A stretch of 64,000 nt of DNA from Escherichia coli (GCF_044324785.1 NZ_CP172127.1); one strand, 5' to 3'; shown: positions 1 to 13,963, counted from the stretch's first letter. Notes: a model not told the origin generated them from the letters alone. Made by a program: numbers and translations.

Positions 1-357
1 CGCAAAGGCTTTTTGCGCCCGCTCATAAAACGCAAAACGATTGATGCGGATGATGTCAGGACAGGGGGCTTGTAGTGAAAGCGCATTACGATAACGTCGT
101 TCTACTTCAGGATCGAGAGTGTCACCTTCTACCGCCGCCATCATCACCAGCGGCGGTGCATAACTGTCCAGTTCAAATAACGGGATTATCGCCTGGAGCA
201 AGTCGCTCACCAACAGGCCATCAGCGCGGATCACCTGCGGTCCCATCGAATGGGCGGGAAAGTGAGCATCGGAAAAAATAATTTCATCTCCATGTCCCAT
301 CTCTGCCAGCACTTTCAATAGTTCGGGAGAAATTAACGGCGAAATTGTTTTCAGCAT
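1..357 (-). CDS. fucU: L-fucose mutarotase FucU, partial (C-terminal end runs off the window)
   Basis: Reverse complement of 301-357 translates [19 protein letters not shown]..., the FucU N-terminus; ATG (rc) at 355-357 just downstream of the fucK stop; absent from the ORF track because it is truncated by the window edge. Confidence 0.8.
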
Positions 358-358
358 T

Positions 359-1807
359 TCACACTTCCTCTATAAATTCAGGTTCAGTTTGCGGGTAGAA
401 ATAACGGTACTGATAATGAATCTGTGCACGGGCTTCTTCCGGGCTGTTAAATTCCCCTACGCCATACCAACCGAACAGCGCAGCTCCTGCGACGGTCGTT
501 TCGGCATCGTCGAGAACTTTTACCGGAATATCAAGCATATTGGCTTTAATCTGATTCCACAATGTGTTGCGACTTCCTCCGCCGACTAACAATAATTCAG
601 AGGCTTTAAAGTGCCCGATTTTTTCCAGCATCTGTAGATTGCGCTGTAATTGCGCAGTTAACCCTTCCAGCGCCGCGCGATAGAAATGCCCCCGCGTGGT
701 ATTAAGCGTCACTCCTTGCCAGCCAGCGTTCTGACACGACAATAAATCACACTGCATTTTCACACCATCCGCGCCAGGTGCGATCAGACGAGCCTCTTCA
801 ATCAACATTTGCCAGGGAGTTTCAGCCGTCCAGAACAGCTTTCTCACCCATTCCAGCACGCCGGATGCCAGCCATTGCATACCTGGGTTATACAACCCTG
901 CCTGACTATCCAGTTCGCAGGTCGAACCGGCGTACTGACTTAACAGCGAAGTATCAACCTGGGCGCTACGGACCATTAAAATTTCCCATGTACCGGAAGA
1001 GAGCACGGGTTCATTTTGTTCGGCACCAGCGCCAAAAAGGGCGAACTGGGTATCGTGACCTGCGGAAATCACCGGTATGCCAACGGGTAAGCCGAGCATT
1101 CCTGCGGCGCTGTTCTGTAACGTACCAATCTGTTCACCCGCTTCCACCAGACGAGGGAAGAGTCGGCGTGGAATACCGGTGGCTTGTAAAATTTGCGGAC
1201 TGAAATCGCGTTGCTGGATATCCAGCATCTGGCTGGTTCCGGCCATCGTGATATCAGTAGTGAATTCGCCGGTTAAACGGTGGTTAATCAGCGACGAAAT
1301 AAACAGCCAGGCGTGCGCGCGTTCCAGCAGTTGTGGATGATTTTCTTTCAACCACACCAACTTATATAACGTATTGAAACTAAAGGCTCCGACGCCAGAA
1401 ATAGCCTGCAACTGCTGTGCGGAGATCAACCGTTCAATATTGTCCATTACCGCTGCTGTTCGCGGACATTTCCAGCTAATGATCGGATAGAGCAGATTGC
1501 CTTGCTTATCTACCAGAGCGCCATCCACACCAAAGGTGGTGACGGCGATACCGCGGATGTGGCATTCAGTCAGCTTACTATTGATTTGCCGACAGCAATC
1601 AGCAAAGCGTTGCAAAATGGCGTCTAAAGACCACTGGTGCCAGGTGTTGTTTTCCATCGCGATATCGCTGGCATTAGGCGTTGAGGCGCGGGCAACAATT
1701 TTTCCCTGCCGATTAACCGCGATGGCCCTGACATTGGTCGCGCCACAGTCGAGTACCAGGATAACTTCTTGTTTCATAATCGCTCCTGCAATATAGCCGG
1801 ATAACAT
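359..1807 (-). CDS. fucK: L-fuculokinase
   Basis: 482-aa ORF; FGGY kinase sequence with the FucK N-terminus [21 protein letters not shown]; position in fucPIKU operon. Confidence 0.93.
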
Positions 1808-1885
1808 TGCTTATCCGGCTAACCACTCTTGCTTGTTCAGGCCCGGTAGCCGGAGCGACCGGGCATCACATCAGGGAGTAATGTA

Positions 1886-3661
1886 TTAACGCTTGTACAA
1901 CGGGCCGTAGTTCTGGCAAGCGCGGTAATCCTGGCCTTCAATATCCATGCCGTGCGCGGCCCAGGCAGAAGGACGATACACTTTGGTCTCTTCAACGTTG
2001 TGCATACATACCGGGATACGCAGCATGGAGGCAAGAGTGATAAAGTCTGCGCCAACGTGGCCGATGGTCAGAACCCCGTGGTTAGCGCCCCAGTTCGCCA
2101 TTACCGAGTACACATCCGTAAACGGCCCTTTACCGGTGAGGCGCGGTGCAAACCAGGTGGTTGGCCAGGTTGAGTTGGTGCGTTTGTTGAGGATGTCATG
2201 CACATCCTTCGGCAATTCCACGCTCCAGCCTTCCGCGATTTGCAGTACCGGTCCCAGGCCTTTGATGATGTTGACACGAGTCATGGTGAACGGGACGCCG
2301 CCTTCGGTAAGGAAGCGGGAAGAGTAACCGCCGCCACGGAAGTATTCGTGGATCGCCGGGCACCATTCGGTAGCGGCGAGGCAAGCGTCAGCCTCTTGCT
2401 GAGAGATTTCCCAGTGCGGCTTCATCGTCGGGTTACCTTCGCTGTCGCGTTGTTTACAGGAACCGTCCAGCGCAGCAGAACCTGAGTTGATCAAATGGAT
2501 GATGCCGTGTTCTGCCAGTCCGTCCAGTTTATGCCCCGTTACACGCTCAATTGCTTCTGGTGACCAGTAGGTACGCACATCGGCAAATACCTGAGCGGTG
2601 CCGGTGAGCTGGTGACCCATTAGCATTGCCACGCCGTTAAGACTGTCGTTTTCGGTCGCCACGACAAAGGGTTCGCGCACGCCATTCCAGTCAAATGAAC
2701 TGTTGAGGATCGCTTCGGCGGTGTCACCATTGGGATATTGATCGGTCCAGTGACGTTGTCCCTGGAAGCCCGCAGCGATGGCGTTGTAGCCAAGTGATTC
2801 TTCCACGCGACCAATATCGGCCAGTTTGCTGTTGCCTTGCATCATGTCGCGGATACACATCGCCATCAGTAAACTTTCGCGCAGAACTGCGCGGCTTTGC
2901 TCGGCATTGCGTTGATACTGTTTGTTATTTTCATCTTCGCCATAGCGGAAGTTTTTATCAGCCCAGGCCAGCGCCATTTCCAGTTCGGCTTCGTCGTAAA
3001 TCTTCTGATCGATACGGCGACGCAGTTCGGTCATATCCACCGCCTGGACTTTCATTCCCAGCCAGGATTCAAAGAAGTTGTGATCAACAATGGAACCGGC
3101 GATACCCATCGAAACGCCGCCCAGCGACAGATAGCTTTTACCTTTCATGCTGGCGACTGCTAAACCGGCGCGGGCAAAGCGCAGCAGTTTTTCTTCAACA
3201 TCGGCAGGAATCGATGTGTCATCGGCATCCTGAACATCATGACCGTAAATGGAGAATGCCGGGATGCCTTTCTGGCTGTGAGCTGCCAGAGCCGCTGCCA
3301 GGTAAACAGCGCCGGGACGTTCAGTGCCGTTAAAGCCCCAAATGGCTTTCGGGCGGGTTGGATCCATGTCGATGGTTTCACTGCCATAGCACCAGCAAGG
3401 CGTTACCGTAATGGTGAGGCCTACATTCTGACTGCTGAATTTTTCTTCGCAAGCAGCGGCTTCAGCCATACCCGCGATACAGGTATCGGAAATGACACAC
3501 TCGACGGCAGCTCCGCAGGCATGGCGCAGTTTCTCGGTCAGCAGTGCAGCCGTGGCTTTCGCCATATTCATTGTTTGTTCTTCAAGCGACTCACGAACAC
3601 CCATGCGACGACCGTCAATAACCGGGCGGATACCAATTTTCGGTAAGCTGATTTTTTTCAT
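1886..3661 (-). CDS. fucI: L-fucose isomerase
   Basis: 591-aa [22 protein letters not shown]...; length and sequence match FucI; operon context. Confidence 0.95.
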   Translation of the reverse strand: MKKISLPKIGIRPVIDGRRMGVRESLEEQTMNMAKATAALLTEKLRHACGAAVECVISDTCIAGMAEAAACEEKFSSQNVGLTITVTPCWCYGSETIDMDPTRPKAIWGFNGTERPGAVYLAAALAAHSQKGIPAFSIYGHDVQDADDTSIPADVEEKLLRFARAGLAVASMKGKSYLSLGGVSMGIAGSIVDHNFFESWLGMKVQAVDMTELRRRIDQKIYDEAELEMALAWADKNFRYGEDENNKQYQRNAEQSRAVLRESLLMAMCIRDMMQGNSKLADIGRVEESLGYNAIAAGFQGQRHWTDQYPNGDTAEAILNSSFDWNGVREPFVVATENDSLNGVAMLMGHQLTGTAQVFADVRTYWSPEAIERVTGHKLDGLAEHGIIHLINSGSAALDGSCKQRDSEGNPTMKPHWEISQQEADACLAATEWCPAIHEYFRGGGYSSRFLTEGGVPFTMTRVNIIKGLGPVLQIAEGWSVELPKDVHDILNKRTNSTWPTTWFAPRLTGKGPFTDVYSVMANWGANHGVLTIGHVGADFITLASMLRIPVCMHNVEETKVYRPSAWAAHGMDIEGQDYRACQNYGPLYKR

Positions 3662-3693
3662 TACTGATTCCTCACTTTATTCGGAAAATATGT

Positions 3694-5010
3694 TCAGTTA
3701 GTTGCCGTTTGAGAACGGAAACGGGCAAAGATAAAGATGACTGCGAAGCAGAGTGCCGGGATCAGTTCGGCAGTGGGGATGTTGCCCGCTGCGTCACTGA
3801 CAAACCCCATGACCGGAGTGACAATACCGCCGCCAATAATGGTCATAACGATGAAGGACGAACCGTATTTGGTGTCCTGGCCGAGATTTTTAATGCCCAG
3901 CGAGAAGATTGTTGGGTACTGAATCGACATAAAGGCACTGCATAAAGTCAGGGCTATTAAGCCCACATGACCGCCAGCGAAGGCTGAGATCAGGCACAGT
4001 GCCATAGCGATTAATGCGTAGGCGGCCAGGACTTTGTGTGGTGCGAAGCGACTGATGAGCCAGGTACCGGTGAAACGACCAATAAAGAAGCACACCATGG
4101 TTCCGGTTAAATAGTTAGCGGCAAAGCCTGCAGTCATACCTGGAATTTCTTCTACAGCGTAGCGAATCAAATAGCTCCAGCAGGCCGTTTGTGCGCCGAC
4201 ATAGCAGAATTGCGCTAATACCGCCCAGCGCCAGTGACGAATACGCGCCAGACGAGAAAGCGATGCGGAGAACGATCCTTGTTTGGCGTCACTGTGATTA
4301 TCACTCTGCAATGCCGGGAATTTCGTCAGCATGATCAGCAGGGCGACCAGTAACACGATAGCCACGATGATCATATAAGGTGTCTGTACCGATAATACCA
4401 GGCTGTGTTTATACGCACTCAATTGCTCTGGAGACATTTTATCGAGAACGTCTTGCGATTGATGTGGCACGTTAGACAAAATAAGACTTTGCCCAAAGAC
4501 AACCGCGATAATTGCGCCAAATGAGTTAAATGTTTGCGCAAGATTTAAGCGGAAGTGACCACTGCTTTCCGGCCCTAATACCGTAACAAAAGGGTTTGCG
4601 GCAGTTTCCAGACAACCTAATCCAGCTGCAATAATAAATAGGCCAACTAAAAATAAGGTGTAGTTCATTATTTCTGCAGCGGGCCAGAATAATGCAGCGC
4701 CCAAGGCATATAAAAATAATCCGGTAATAATCCCTGCTTTATAACTGAGTTTTTTCATCAATATCCCAGCAGGGATTGGGATAATGAAATAACCAAAGTA
4801 AAAGGCCGATTGGATCAGGCCAGCCTGGAAATTTGTCAGCGTAAAAGCCTGCTGGAATTGAGGTAATAAAATGTCGTTAAGGTTATTGGCTACCGCCCAA
4901 AGAAAAAACAGTGAGCACAGCAGCGCGAATGGAATAATGTAACTTCTGCTTTGCCCTGCATCTTTATCTACCGCACGGTAACTCTGCGTTTGTATTGATG
5001 TGTTTCCCAT
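3694..5010 (-). CDS. fucP: L-fucose:H+ symporter (MFS)
   Basis: 438-aa multi-pass hydrophobic ORF; length and context match FucP. Confidence 0.93.
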   Translation of the reverse strand: MGNTSIQTQSYRAVDKDAGQSRSYIIPFALLCSLFFLWAVANNLNDILLPQFQQAFTLTNFQAGLIQSAFYFGYFIIPIPAGILMKKLSYKAGIITGLFLYALGAALFWPAAEIMNYTLFLVGLFIIAAGLGCLETAANPFVTVLGPESSGHFRLNLAQTFNSFGAIIAVVFGQSLILSNVPHQSQDVLDKMSPEQLSAYKHSLVLSVQTPYMIIVAIVLLVALLIMLTKFPALQSDNHSDAKQGSFSASLSRLARIRHWRWAVLAQFCYVGAQTACWSYLIRYAVEEIPGMTAGFAANYLTGTMVCFFIGRFTGTWLISRFAPHKVLAAYALIAMALCLISAFAGGHVGLIALTLCSAFMSIQYPTIFSLGIKNLGQDTKYGSSFIVMTIIGGGIVTPVMGFVSDAAGNIPTAELIPALCFAVIFIFARFRSQTATN

Positions 5011-5556
5011 AGCATCCTCTTAGGTTCAGAAGCTTAAGCACGTAATCGGTTATGTTTTCAAAAGTGCAAAACCAGCGAGTTCGGGCTTCATATCAGTGAA
5101 TATTTGCCTGTCAGAAATGAACTCATGGATTCATTTTCAAATAAAAAACGCTCTGTAATATGACGGCGGTCACACTTATTAGCTGGGAGGTGACTTTATG
5201 TGACTACCATCACTTTAATAATCGAAATTTCATGCCCGTTTCAGAAAATAAATCATAAAAAACACAAACCCGATGACCGTATTAATTGTTTGTGCCGAAA
5301 ACGGGCATTTCTGGCGAGGGGGAATGGAAAAATGACCGTTTTGATAAATATTTTTAAGAGCGGTCATTTTTAATAGGGTTATAAAAAGAGAACTTGCAGT
5401 TATTTACTGTGATTAGTTGAACCAGGTCACAAAATATAAGCTTGTGAATTTCTTTCTGGTTAATCAGGAAGAAGATGGTGGGTAATTAAACGGCTAATTC
5501 AATAGTGTGAAAGGAACAACATTATTGCCCTGTTTTGAATCAGAGAGAGGTAGCTA
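5011..5556. promoter_or_regulatory. Divergent fucPIKU / fucAO control region (expected FucR- and CRP-dependent promoters)
   Basis: 546-bp AT-rich non-coding gap between divergently oriented fucP and fucA; individual binding sites not mapped by me. Confidence 0.5.
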
Positions 5557-6204
5557 ATGGAACGAAATAAACTTGCTCGTCAGATTATTGACACTTGCCT
5601 GGAAATGACCCGCCTGGGACTGAACCAGGGGACAGCGGGTAACGTCAGTGTACGTTATCAGGATGGGATGCTGATTACGCCTACAGGTATTCCATATGAA
5701 AAACTGACGGAGTCGCATATTGTCTTTATTGATGGCAACGGTAAACATGAGGAAGGAAAGCTCCCCTCAAGCGAATGGCGTTTCCATATGGCGGCCTATC
5801 AAAGCAGACCGGATGCCAACGCGGTTGTTCACAATCATGCCGTTCATTGCACAGCAGTTTCCATTCTTAACCGACCGATCCCCGCTATTCACTACATGAT
5901 TGCGGCGGCTGGCGGTAATTCTATTCCTTGCGCGCCTTATGCGACCTTTGGAACACGCGAACTTTCTGAACATGTTGCGCTGGCTCTCAAAAATCGTAAG
6001 GCAACTTTGTTACAACATCATGGGCTTATCGCTTGTGAGGTGAATCTGGAAAAAGCGTTATGGCTGGCGCATGAAGTTGAAGTGCTGGCGCAACTTTACC
6101 TGACGACCCTGGCGATTACGGACCCGGTGCCAGTGCTGAGCGATGAAGAGATTGCCGTAGTGCTGGAGAAATTCAAAACCTACGGGTTACGGATTGAAGA
6201 GTAA
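5557..6204 (+). CDS. fucA: L-fuculose-1-phosphate aldolase
   Basis: 215-aa ORF MERNKLARQIIDTCLEMTRLGLNQGTAGNVS...; class II aldolase; correct length. Confidence 0.95.
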   Translation: MERNKLARQIIDTCLEMTRLGLNQGTAGNVSVRYQDGMLITPTGIPYEKLTESHIVFIDGNGKHEEGKLPSSEWRFHMAAYQSRPDANAVVHNHAVHCTAVSILNRPIPAIHYMIAAAGGNSIPCAPYATFGTRELSEHVALALKNRKATLLQHHGLIACEVNLEKALWLAHEVEVLAQLYLTTLAITDPVPVLSDEEIAVVLEKFKTYGLRIEE

Positions 6205-6228
6205 TTTCGTAAAGCAACAAGGAGAAGG

Positions 6229-7380
6229 ATGATGGCTAACAGAATGATTCTGAACGAAACGGCATGGTTTGGTCGGGGGGCTGTTGGAGCTTTAACCGAT
6301 GAGGTGAAACGCCGTGGTTATCAGAAGGCGCTGATCGTCACCGATAAAACGCTGGTGCAATGCGGCGTGGTGGCAAAAGTGACCGATAAGATGGATGCTG
6401 CAGGGCTGGCATGGGCGATTTACGACGGCGTAGTGCCCAACCCAACAATTACTGTCGTCAAAGAAGGGCTCGGTGTATTCCAGAATAGCGGCGCGGATTA
6501 CCTGATCGCTATTGGTGGTGGTTCTCCACAGGATACTTGTAAAGCGATTGGCATTATCAGCAACAACCCAGAGTTTGCCGATGTGCGTAGCCTGGAAGGG
6601 CTTTCCCCGACCAATAAACCCAGTGTACCGATTCTGGCAATCCCCACCACAGCAGGCACTGCGGCAGAAGTGACCATTAACTACGTGATTACTGACGAAG
6701 AGAAACGGCGCAAGTTTGTTTGCGTTGATCCGCATGATATCCCGCAGGTGGCGTTTATTGACGCTGACATGATGGATGGTATGCCTCCAGCGCTGAAAGC
6801 CGCGACGGGTGTCGATGCGCTCACTCATGCTATTGAGGGGTATATTACCCGTGGCGCGTGGGCGCTAACCGATGCGCTGCACATTAAAGCGATTGAAATC
6901 ATTGCTGGGGCGCTGCGAGGATCGGTTGCTGGTGATAAGGATGCCGGAGAAGAAATGGCGCTCGGGCAGTATGTTGCGGGTATGGGATTCTCGAATGTTG
7001 GGTTAGGGTTGGTGCATGGTATGGCGCATCCACTGGGCGCGTTTTACAACACGCCACACGGTGTTGCGAACGCCATCCTGTTACCGCATGTCATGCGCTA
7101 TAACGCTGACTTTACCGGTGAGAAGTACCGCGATATTGCGCGCGTTATGGGCGTGAAAGTGGAAGGTATGAGCCTGGAAGAGGCGCGTAATGCCGCTGTT
7201 GAAGCGGTGTTTGCTCTCAACCGTGATGTCGGTATTCCGCCACATTTACGTGATGTTGGTGTACGCAAGGAAGACATTCTGGCACTGGCGCAGGCGGCAC
7301 TGGATGATGTTTGTACCGGTGGCAACCCGCGTGAAGCAACGCTTGAGGATATTGTAGAGCTTTACCATACCGCCTGGTAA
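6229..7380 (+). CDS. fucO: L-1,2-propanediol oxidoreductase (lactaldehyde reductase), iron-containing ADH
   Basis: 383-aa ORF MMANRMILNETAWFGRGAVGAL...; start may be the second ATG (6232). Confidence 0.93.
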   Translation: MMANRMILNETAWFGRGAVGALTDEVKRRGYQKALIVTDKTLVQCGVVAKVTDKMDAAGLAWAIYDGVVPNPTITVVKEGLGVFQNSGADYLIAIGGGSPQDTCKAIGIISNNPEFADVRSLEGLSPTNKPSVPILAIPTTAGTAAEVTINYVITDEEKRRKFVCVDPHDIPQVAFIDADMMDGMPPALKAATGVDALTHAIEGYITRGAWALTDALHIKAIEIIAGALRGSVAGDKDAGEEMALGQYVAGMGFSNVGLGLVHGMAHPLGAFYNTPHGVANAILLPHVMRYNADFTGEKYRDIARVMGVKVEGMSLEEARNAAVEAVFALNRDVGIPPHLRDVGVRKEDILALAQAALDDVCTGGNPREATLEDIVELYHTAW

Positions 7381-7398
7381 ATGCGCTGATGTGATAAT

Positions 7399-7428
7399 GC
7401 CGGATGCGACGTTTGCGCCGTATCCGGC
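7399..7428. repeat. REP (repetitive extragenic palindrome) element
   Basis: gccggatgcgacgtttgcgccgtatccggc, the typical GCCGGATG...CATCCGGC-type palindrome, between convergent fucO and xni. Confidence 0.7.
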
Positions 7429-7434
7429 TCGCCG

Positions 7435-8301
<867 letters not shown>

Positions 8302-9669
8302 TTAATCGCAGGCAACGATCTTCATTGCCAGGCCACCGCGAGAGGTTTCGCGGTACTTGGCGTTCATATCTTTACCTGTTTCGTACATGGTTTCGATAAC
8401 TTTATCGAGGCAGACGCGCGGCTCGCTGGTACGGCGCAGCGCCATACGCGCGGCGTTCACCGCTTTTACTGCCGCAATGGCGTTACGCTCGATGCACGGT
8501 ACCTGTACCTGTCCAGCAACCGGGTCACACGTCAGACCGAGGTTATGCTCCATGGCGATTTCCGCCGCGATGCACACCTGCGCCGGGCTTGCGCCTAATA
8601 GTTCTGCCAGACCAGCAGCCGCCATTGAGCACGCCACGCCAACTTCACCCTGGCAACCCACTTCGGCACCAGAAATCGACGCGTTCATCTTATAAAGAGA
8701 ACCAATCGCGCTGGCTACCAGCAGGTAACGAGCCAGTGAGTTAGCGTTCACTTCGCGGATAAACTTGTCGTAGTACGCCAGCACTGCCGGGATAATCCCG
8801 CACGCACCGTTAGTCGGCGCAGTCACCACACGACCGCCCGCAGCGTTCTCTTCGTTCACTGCCAGTGCGAACATGTTGATCCAGTCAACAACCGCCATCG
8901 GGTCAGTGGTGGTTTTATCCTGGCTGACCAGCATCCGGCGTAGTGCCGCAGCACGGCGTGGAACGCGCAGTTTGCCAGGCAACACGCCTTCGGTGGAAAT
9001 ACCGCGCTCAATACCGCCACGCATGACTTCCCAGACGTTCGCCAGGTGCTGTTCCAGCTCTTCTTTGCTGTGCAGCGCCAGCTCGTTTTTCATCATCAGG
9101 CCAGAGAGTGACAGCCCGGTTTCCTGACAATGTTTTTGCAGATCGGCTGCTGAACTATACGGATAAGGAACTTCAACCGGTGCGCTATCCTGCTGGCCAA
9201 AATGTTCTTCATCAACGATAAAGCCACCGCCGATAGAGTAGTAAGTCTGGCTGTAAACGACTTTATCGCCCGCCAGCGCGGTAATGCGCATACCGTTTTC
9301 ATGCAGAGAAAGGTTGTCGGCATGGAAGTTCATGCACTGATCAACCGGGAACTCCACTTCATGCTGACCGTTTGCCAGCATCAGGCGACCATGAGTATTC
9401 ACATCCTGAATAAAACCAGGGATGGAATCGATATCCACGGTATCCGGCAGGTTACCCGCCAGGCCCATAATAATGGCGATATCAGTGTGGTGGCCTTTAC
9501 CAGTCAGAGAGAGCGAGCCGTACACGTCAACCACCACGCGGGTCACGTCTTTAAGCAGGTTACGGGCAATCAGATCGTCGGTAAATTGTTTACCCGCTTT
9601 CATTGGTCCAACGGTATGAGAACTGGAAGGGCCAATGCCGATTTTGAAAATATCGAATACGCTAATCAT
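8302..9669 (-). CDS. sdaB: L-serine deaminase II (L-serine dehydratase)
   Basis: 455-aa ORF MISVFDIFKIGIGPSSSHTVGPMKAG...; downstream of sdaC in the same orientation. Confidence 0.93.
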   Translation of the reverse strand: MISVFDIFKIGIGPSSSHTVGPMKAGKQFTDDLIARNLLKDVTRVVVDVYGSLSLTGKGHHTDIAIIMGLAGNLPDTVDIDSIPGFIQDVNTHGRLMLANGQHEVEFPVDQCMNFHADNLSLHENGMRITALAGDKVVYSQTYYSIGGGFIVDEEHFGQQDSAPVEVPYPYSSAADLQKHCQETGLSLSGLMMKNELALHSKEELEQHLANVWEVMRGGIERGISTEGVLPGKLRVPRRAAALRRMLVSQDKTTTDPMAVVDWINMFALAVNEENAAGGRVVTAPTNGACGIIPAVLAYYDKFIREVNANSLARYLLVASAIGSLYKMNASISGAEVGCQGEVGVACSMAAAGLAELLGASPAQVCIAAEIAMEHNLGLTCDPVAGQVQVPCIERNAIAAVKAVNAARMALRRTSEPRVCLDKVIETMYETGKDMNAKYRETSRGGLAMKIVACD

Positions 9670-9726
9670 AGGAAATACATCGCGTTAAAACGGAGGAAGC
9701 GCCGCCCGAAAGCGGCGCGAAAGGAC

Positions 9727-11016
9727 TTAGCTGAACAGAGAGTAGAAGATTGCGGAGATTGCAATCAGACCCATCACGACAACGAATACGTTGCTGATGT
9801 GACCGCTGTACTTACGCATTGCCGGTACTTTCTGAATTGCGTACATCGGCATCAGGAACAGGATCATCGCGATGATTGGGCCGCCCAGGGTTTCAATCAT
9901 ACCCAGGATGCTCGGGTTCAGGGTGGCAACAATCCAGGTCGTTACCAGCATGAACAGCGCAGTGATACGGTTCAGCTTATTGATTTCGATAGACTTACCT
10001 TTACCACGCAGAGATTTAATCACCATACCGTTGAAGCCTTCACGTGCGCCCAGGTAGTGGCCGAGGAAGGATTTGGTGATAGCGATAATCGCGATAATCG
10101 GAGCCATCCACGCGATAACCGGTGCGTTAAAGTGGTTAGCCAGGTAAGACAGAATTGAGATGTTCTGCTCTTTAGCCGCAGCCAGGTCTGCCGGAGTCAG
10201 GCTCAGTACGCAGCTGAATACGAAGAACATTACGGTCAGCACCATCATGATGTGTGCGAATGCCAGGATCTTCGAGCATTTCTGTTCTGCCATATCGCCG
10301 TACTCTTCACGCTTCGCAACAGCGAAAGAAGAGATGATCGGAGAGTGGTTGAACGAGAACACCATTACCGGAATTGCCAGCCACAGGGTCATCCACAGAC
10401 CGTTTCCGGTTGCCGATGCAGTGTCCAGAGACAGCGTTTCCAGTGCTGCGCCGTTCCACTGCGGGATCAGGTACAGAGCCAGCAGCATCAGTACGCCAAC
10501 AAACGGGAATACCAGAATACTCATCGCTTTAACGATCATCTGCTCACCGAAGCGAACGATGGTCATCATACCCACGATCAGGATCAGCGACAGAATCGCA
10601 CGCGGCGGTGGTGTCATACCCAGCTGGTGAGACATGAAGCTTTCAACTGTATTGGTGATTGCCACGCTATAAACCAGCAGGATCGGGTAGATAGCGAAGA
10701 AGTAGAGCAGGGTAATCAGTTTACCTGCGCCAATACCAAAGTGTTCTTCTACAACCTCGGTGATGTCTTCGCCCGGGTTTTTACCAGACAGTACGAAGCG
10801 AGTCAGACCGCGGTGAGCAAAAAATGTCATCGGGAACGCAAGGATAGCCATGATGATCAGCGGGATCATACCGCCAACACCGGCGTTGATTGGCAGGAAC
10901 AGCACGCCCGCGCCGATTGCCGTGCCGTAAAGGCCCAGCATCCACATGGTGTCTGTCTTGCGCCAGGCACTACGAGAGTCTTTCGACGCAATCGTGCTGG
11001 TTTGAGTCGTTTCCAT
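9727..11016 (-). CDS. sdaC: Serine:H+ transporter
   Basis: 429-aa polytopic membrane [34 protein letters not shown]...; sdaCB operon context. Confidence 0.93.
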   Translation of the reverse strand: METTQTSTIASKDSRSAWRKTDTMWMLGLYGTAIGAGVLFLPINAGVGGMIPLIIMAILAFPMTFFAHRGLTRFVLSGKNPGEDITEVVEEHFGIGAGKLITLLYFFAIYPILLVYSVAITNTVESFMSHQLGMTPPPRAILSLILIVGMMTIVRFGEQMIVKAMSILVFPFVGVLMLLALYLIPQWNGAALETLSLDTASATGNGLWMTLWLAIPVMVFSFNHSPIISSFAVAKREEYGDMAEQKCSKILAFAHIMMVLTVMFFVFSCVLSLTPADLAAAKEQNISILSYLANHFNAPVIAWMAPIIAIIAITKSFLGHYLGAREGFNGMVIKSLRGKGKSIEINKLNRITALFMLVTTWIVATLNPSILGMIETLGGPIIAMILFLMPMYAIQKVPAMRKYSGHISNVFVVVMGLIAISAIFYSLFS

Positions 11017-11571
11017 CTATTTCTCCTGGAGGAATGCAAATAATTCAGCTTTTAGCCAGTTCAGCCCGGGAAGGTGCCTGACCGTAAAAATGAAATCTGT
11101 CTATCGGCGATGGCTTAATCATTTACCGCCGTAATAATTTGAGGGCGGAAAGATACACACAAGTTATGTATCTATCAGTGATCTTGATCCCAAATACAAT
11201 AATCTACTTGGAAGATAGATTATCCCAACGCTTTACTCTGTAAATCAAAAGTAAAAGAGAATTTAAGGGCAATATTTGCCCATTAAACGACATCTGACTT
11301 CTTCCGGGGCGCGCAATATATGTAGGTTGAACTGAAAAAATCAATACTTTTAGTTAATCATGGCGATAATTTCTTTTTCATAGCGATAAAATGTGGTTTA
11401 TGAAAATAGGGAAACGTTTGCGTTACAACATAAATTGTATGACATATTAACTGTAATGATATTTATCGCGTGAGGGTGGTAAGAAACATTCATATAACAA
11501 ATGAAATAAATTGATGGGTATGTGACCAAAAACGAGAAAACCCGGCAACAAACGTCACCGGGGGAGGGAGA

Positions 11572-12936
11572 TTACGTGCAGATTTCGTAGCAAGGGATGT
11601 AGGCTGAGCCTGGCAACTTCATACGATGCTGGGCAACAAAACCCTGTAGCAGGTCGTCCATACGACGCATAATCTCTTTATCGCCGTTGATTTTGTAAGG
11701 ACCAAACTCTTCAATGGCGCGAATACCGACTTCTTTTACGTTACCCGCCACAATACCGGAAAACGCACGGCGCAGGTCAGCAGCCAGCACTTCAACGGGT
11801 TGATCCGGGTAAAGCTTCAGATTTGCCATATTCTCGTGAGACGGCTCAAACGGCATTTGCAAATCTGGCGCAATGCGCATTGACCAGTTAAAGCTGTAGG
11901 CATCGCCTGTGTCGCGGCGATTTTCTTTCACCAGCGGCATCGATTTTTTCATCTGACGAGCGACTTCAGCGGCGTCATCAATGATGATGCGGTAATGGCG
12001 GCGCGCGTTTTCACCCAACGTATGCACGACAAACTCGTCCAGTACGTGGAAGTAGTCGGCGCTCTCTTTCGGGCCGGTGAGGATCAATGGTAAAACCTGA
12101 TCTTTGTTGGCCGGGTTCATTAAAATTCCCAGCAAATACAGCAACTCTTCTGCCGTACCCACACCGCCAGGGAAGATAATGATACCGTGAGCGATACGGA
12201 CAAACGCTTCCAGACGTTTTTCGATATCTGGCATGATGATCAATTCGTTGACCAGCGGGTTAGGCGGTTCAGCGGCGATAATCGACGGCTCTGTCATACC
12301 AATAAAACGACTGTCTTTGTAACGCTGCTGTGCGTGTCCGACCGCAGCACCTTTCATCGGCGCTTCCATCGCTCCCGGACCACAGCCGGTGCAGATATTC
12401 AGCTCACGCAGGCCCAGCTGATTCCCGACGCGACGGGCATACAAATATTCGTTTTCGTTAATTGAGTGACCACCCCAGCACACCACCATATTTGGCGCTT
12501 CACCCACATGCAGCGCGCGAGCGTTACGCAAGATGGAAAAGACCAGGTTAGTGATGTGGACGGAGTTGTCGAGATTCAGGTTGGGAAAACGAACGGTGTT
12601 ATGGATTTGCCCGTAAACGAAGAGAATGTCACGCAGAACCGCGAACAAGTTGGCCTGCAAAGCGCGAATAATTCGCCCATCGACAAAAGCCTCTTCCGGG
12701 GGATTAATCAGTTCCAGCTTTACGCCGCGTTCACGGCGCAGGACGTTAATATCGAAATTTTCAAAACGAGACAGCAATTCTTTGCTGTTATCGGTCAAAC
12801 TACCGGAGTTCAGTACGGCAAGTGAACAGTTGCGAAACAGTTGATAGAGGTCGCTGCTGGCGGTGCGTTTAAGCATATCCACTTCCAGCTGCGACAACAT
12901 ATCCATGGAGCCAAGCGGGCTAATATGTGTAATCAA
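11572..12936 (-). CDS. ppnN: Pyrimidine/purine nucleotide 5'-monophosphate nucleosidase (LOG-family)
   Basis: 454-aa [37 protein letters not shown]...; matches YgdH/PpnN. Confidence 0.9.
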   Translation of the reverse strand: MITHISPLGSMDMLSQLEVDMLKRTASSDLYQLFRNCSLAVLNSGSLTDNSKELLSRFENFDINVLRRERGVKLELINPPEEAFVDGRIIRALQANLFAVLRDILFVYGQIHNTVRFPNLNLDNSVHITNLVFSILRNARALHVGEAPNMVVCWGGHSINENEYLYARRVGNQLGLRELNICTGCGPGAMEAPMKGAAVGHAQQRYKDSRFIGMTEPSIIAAEPPNPLVNELIIMPDIEKRLEAFVRIAHGIIIFPGGVGTAEELLYLLGILMNPANKDQVLPLILTGPKESADYFHVLDEFVVHTLGENARRHYRIIIDDAAEVARQMKKSMPLVKENRRDTGDAYSFNWSMRIAPDLQMPFEPSHENMANLKLYPDQPVEVLAADLRRAFSGIVAGNVKEVGIRAIEEFGPYKINGDKEIMRRMDDLLQGFVAQHRMKLPGSAYIPCYEICT

Positions 12937-13047
12937 GAAAAACTCCTTATGGGACGAATATCGTCATTCCCTTTGATTACAATAGCCCTGCCTGATGACC
13001 TTTCACAACCTTCTGCGTGAATCCAGCACGCAAAATTGAGAAAAAAT

Positions 13048-13896
13048 TTATTGCCGAACCAGTCTTGTGGTCGATGGGACAAAATCGCTATTACTGCGCC
13101 ACGGGTTAATGTCCAGACCGCCACGACGGGTATAACGTGCGTAAACGCTCAATTTCTCTGGCTGGCAGAAGCGTAACAGGTCATTAAAGATGCGTTCCAC
13201 GCACTGTTCGTGGAACTCGTTGTGATGGCGGAAAGAGACCAGGTAACGCAGCAGTTTTTCTCTGTCAATTTGGCGTCCACGATACTGAATTTGGATCGAA
13301 CCCCAATCTGGTTGATGGGTGATCAGGCAGTTTGATTTCAGCAGGTGGCTGACAAGCGTCTCTTCCACTACTTTTTCACCACTGGTGGCATTCTCCAGAT
13401 AGTCAGTAGTGAATTCATAGTTATCGATAGTGATATCCTGGTCATCAATGCAAGTGCCATTGAAATGACCTATCGGCTGGCCTTCCAGTTCATCAAGACG
13501 ATATAACGCCACGCTAACATTACCCTGAGCGCAAGTGCTTAAGTCGCGCTCCAGCGTCTGGCGCACCTCATCCCAGTTATTAAAACGCGTCTGGTTAAAA
13601 CTGTTGAGATAGAGCTTAAAACTCTTCGACTCAATCAGATTTGCGCTGGTGTAATCAAGTTCAACATGACCGACGGCGACCTGCGGCAAACCTTTCGCAT
13701 TCAGCCAGGAAAGTTCATACAGCGTCCAGATATCCGTACCGTGAAAAGGCAGGTTATCCGCTTTCAGATCCAGCGGATCGCGATTCAGACTACGCGGAAC
13801 GCCTTGTAGCAGGCTGGCGTCATAGGTATCCCGGTAATCGGTTGATTTTCCAAGAGTCAGGCCCGCAAGTGCCTGATGGTTTGCATAAGAAGACAT
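13048..13896 (-). CDS. queF: NADPH-dependent 7-cyano-7-deazaguanine (preQ0) reductase
   Basis: 282-aa [43 protein letters not shown]...; QueF/YqcD. Confidence 0.92.
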   Translation of the reverse strand: MSSYANHQALAGLTLGKSTDYRDTYDASLLQGVPRSLNRDPLDLKADNLPFHGTDIWTLYELSWLNAKGLPQVAVGHVELDYTSANLIESKSFKLYLNSFNQTRFNNWDEVRQTLERDLSTCAQGNVSVALYRLDELEGQPIGHFNGTCIDDQDITIDNYEFTTDYLENATSGEKVVEETLVSHLLKSNCLITHQPDWGSIQIQYRGRQIDREKLLRYLVSFRHHNEFHEQCVERIFNDLLRFCQPEKLSVYARYTRRGGLDINPWRSNSDFVPSTTRLVRQ

Positions 13897-13963
13897 GTTT
13901 CACCGTCATAAACCAGATAAACTAAACGACAAGTGTATCTGGTTTAAGTGAAGAGAGAAATTA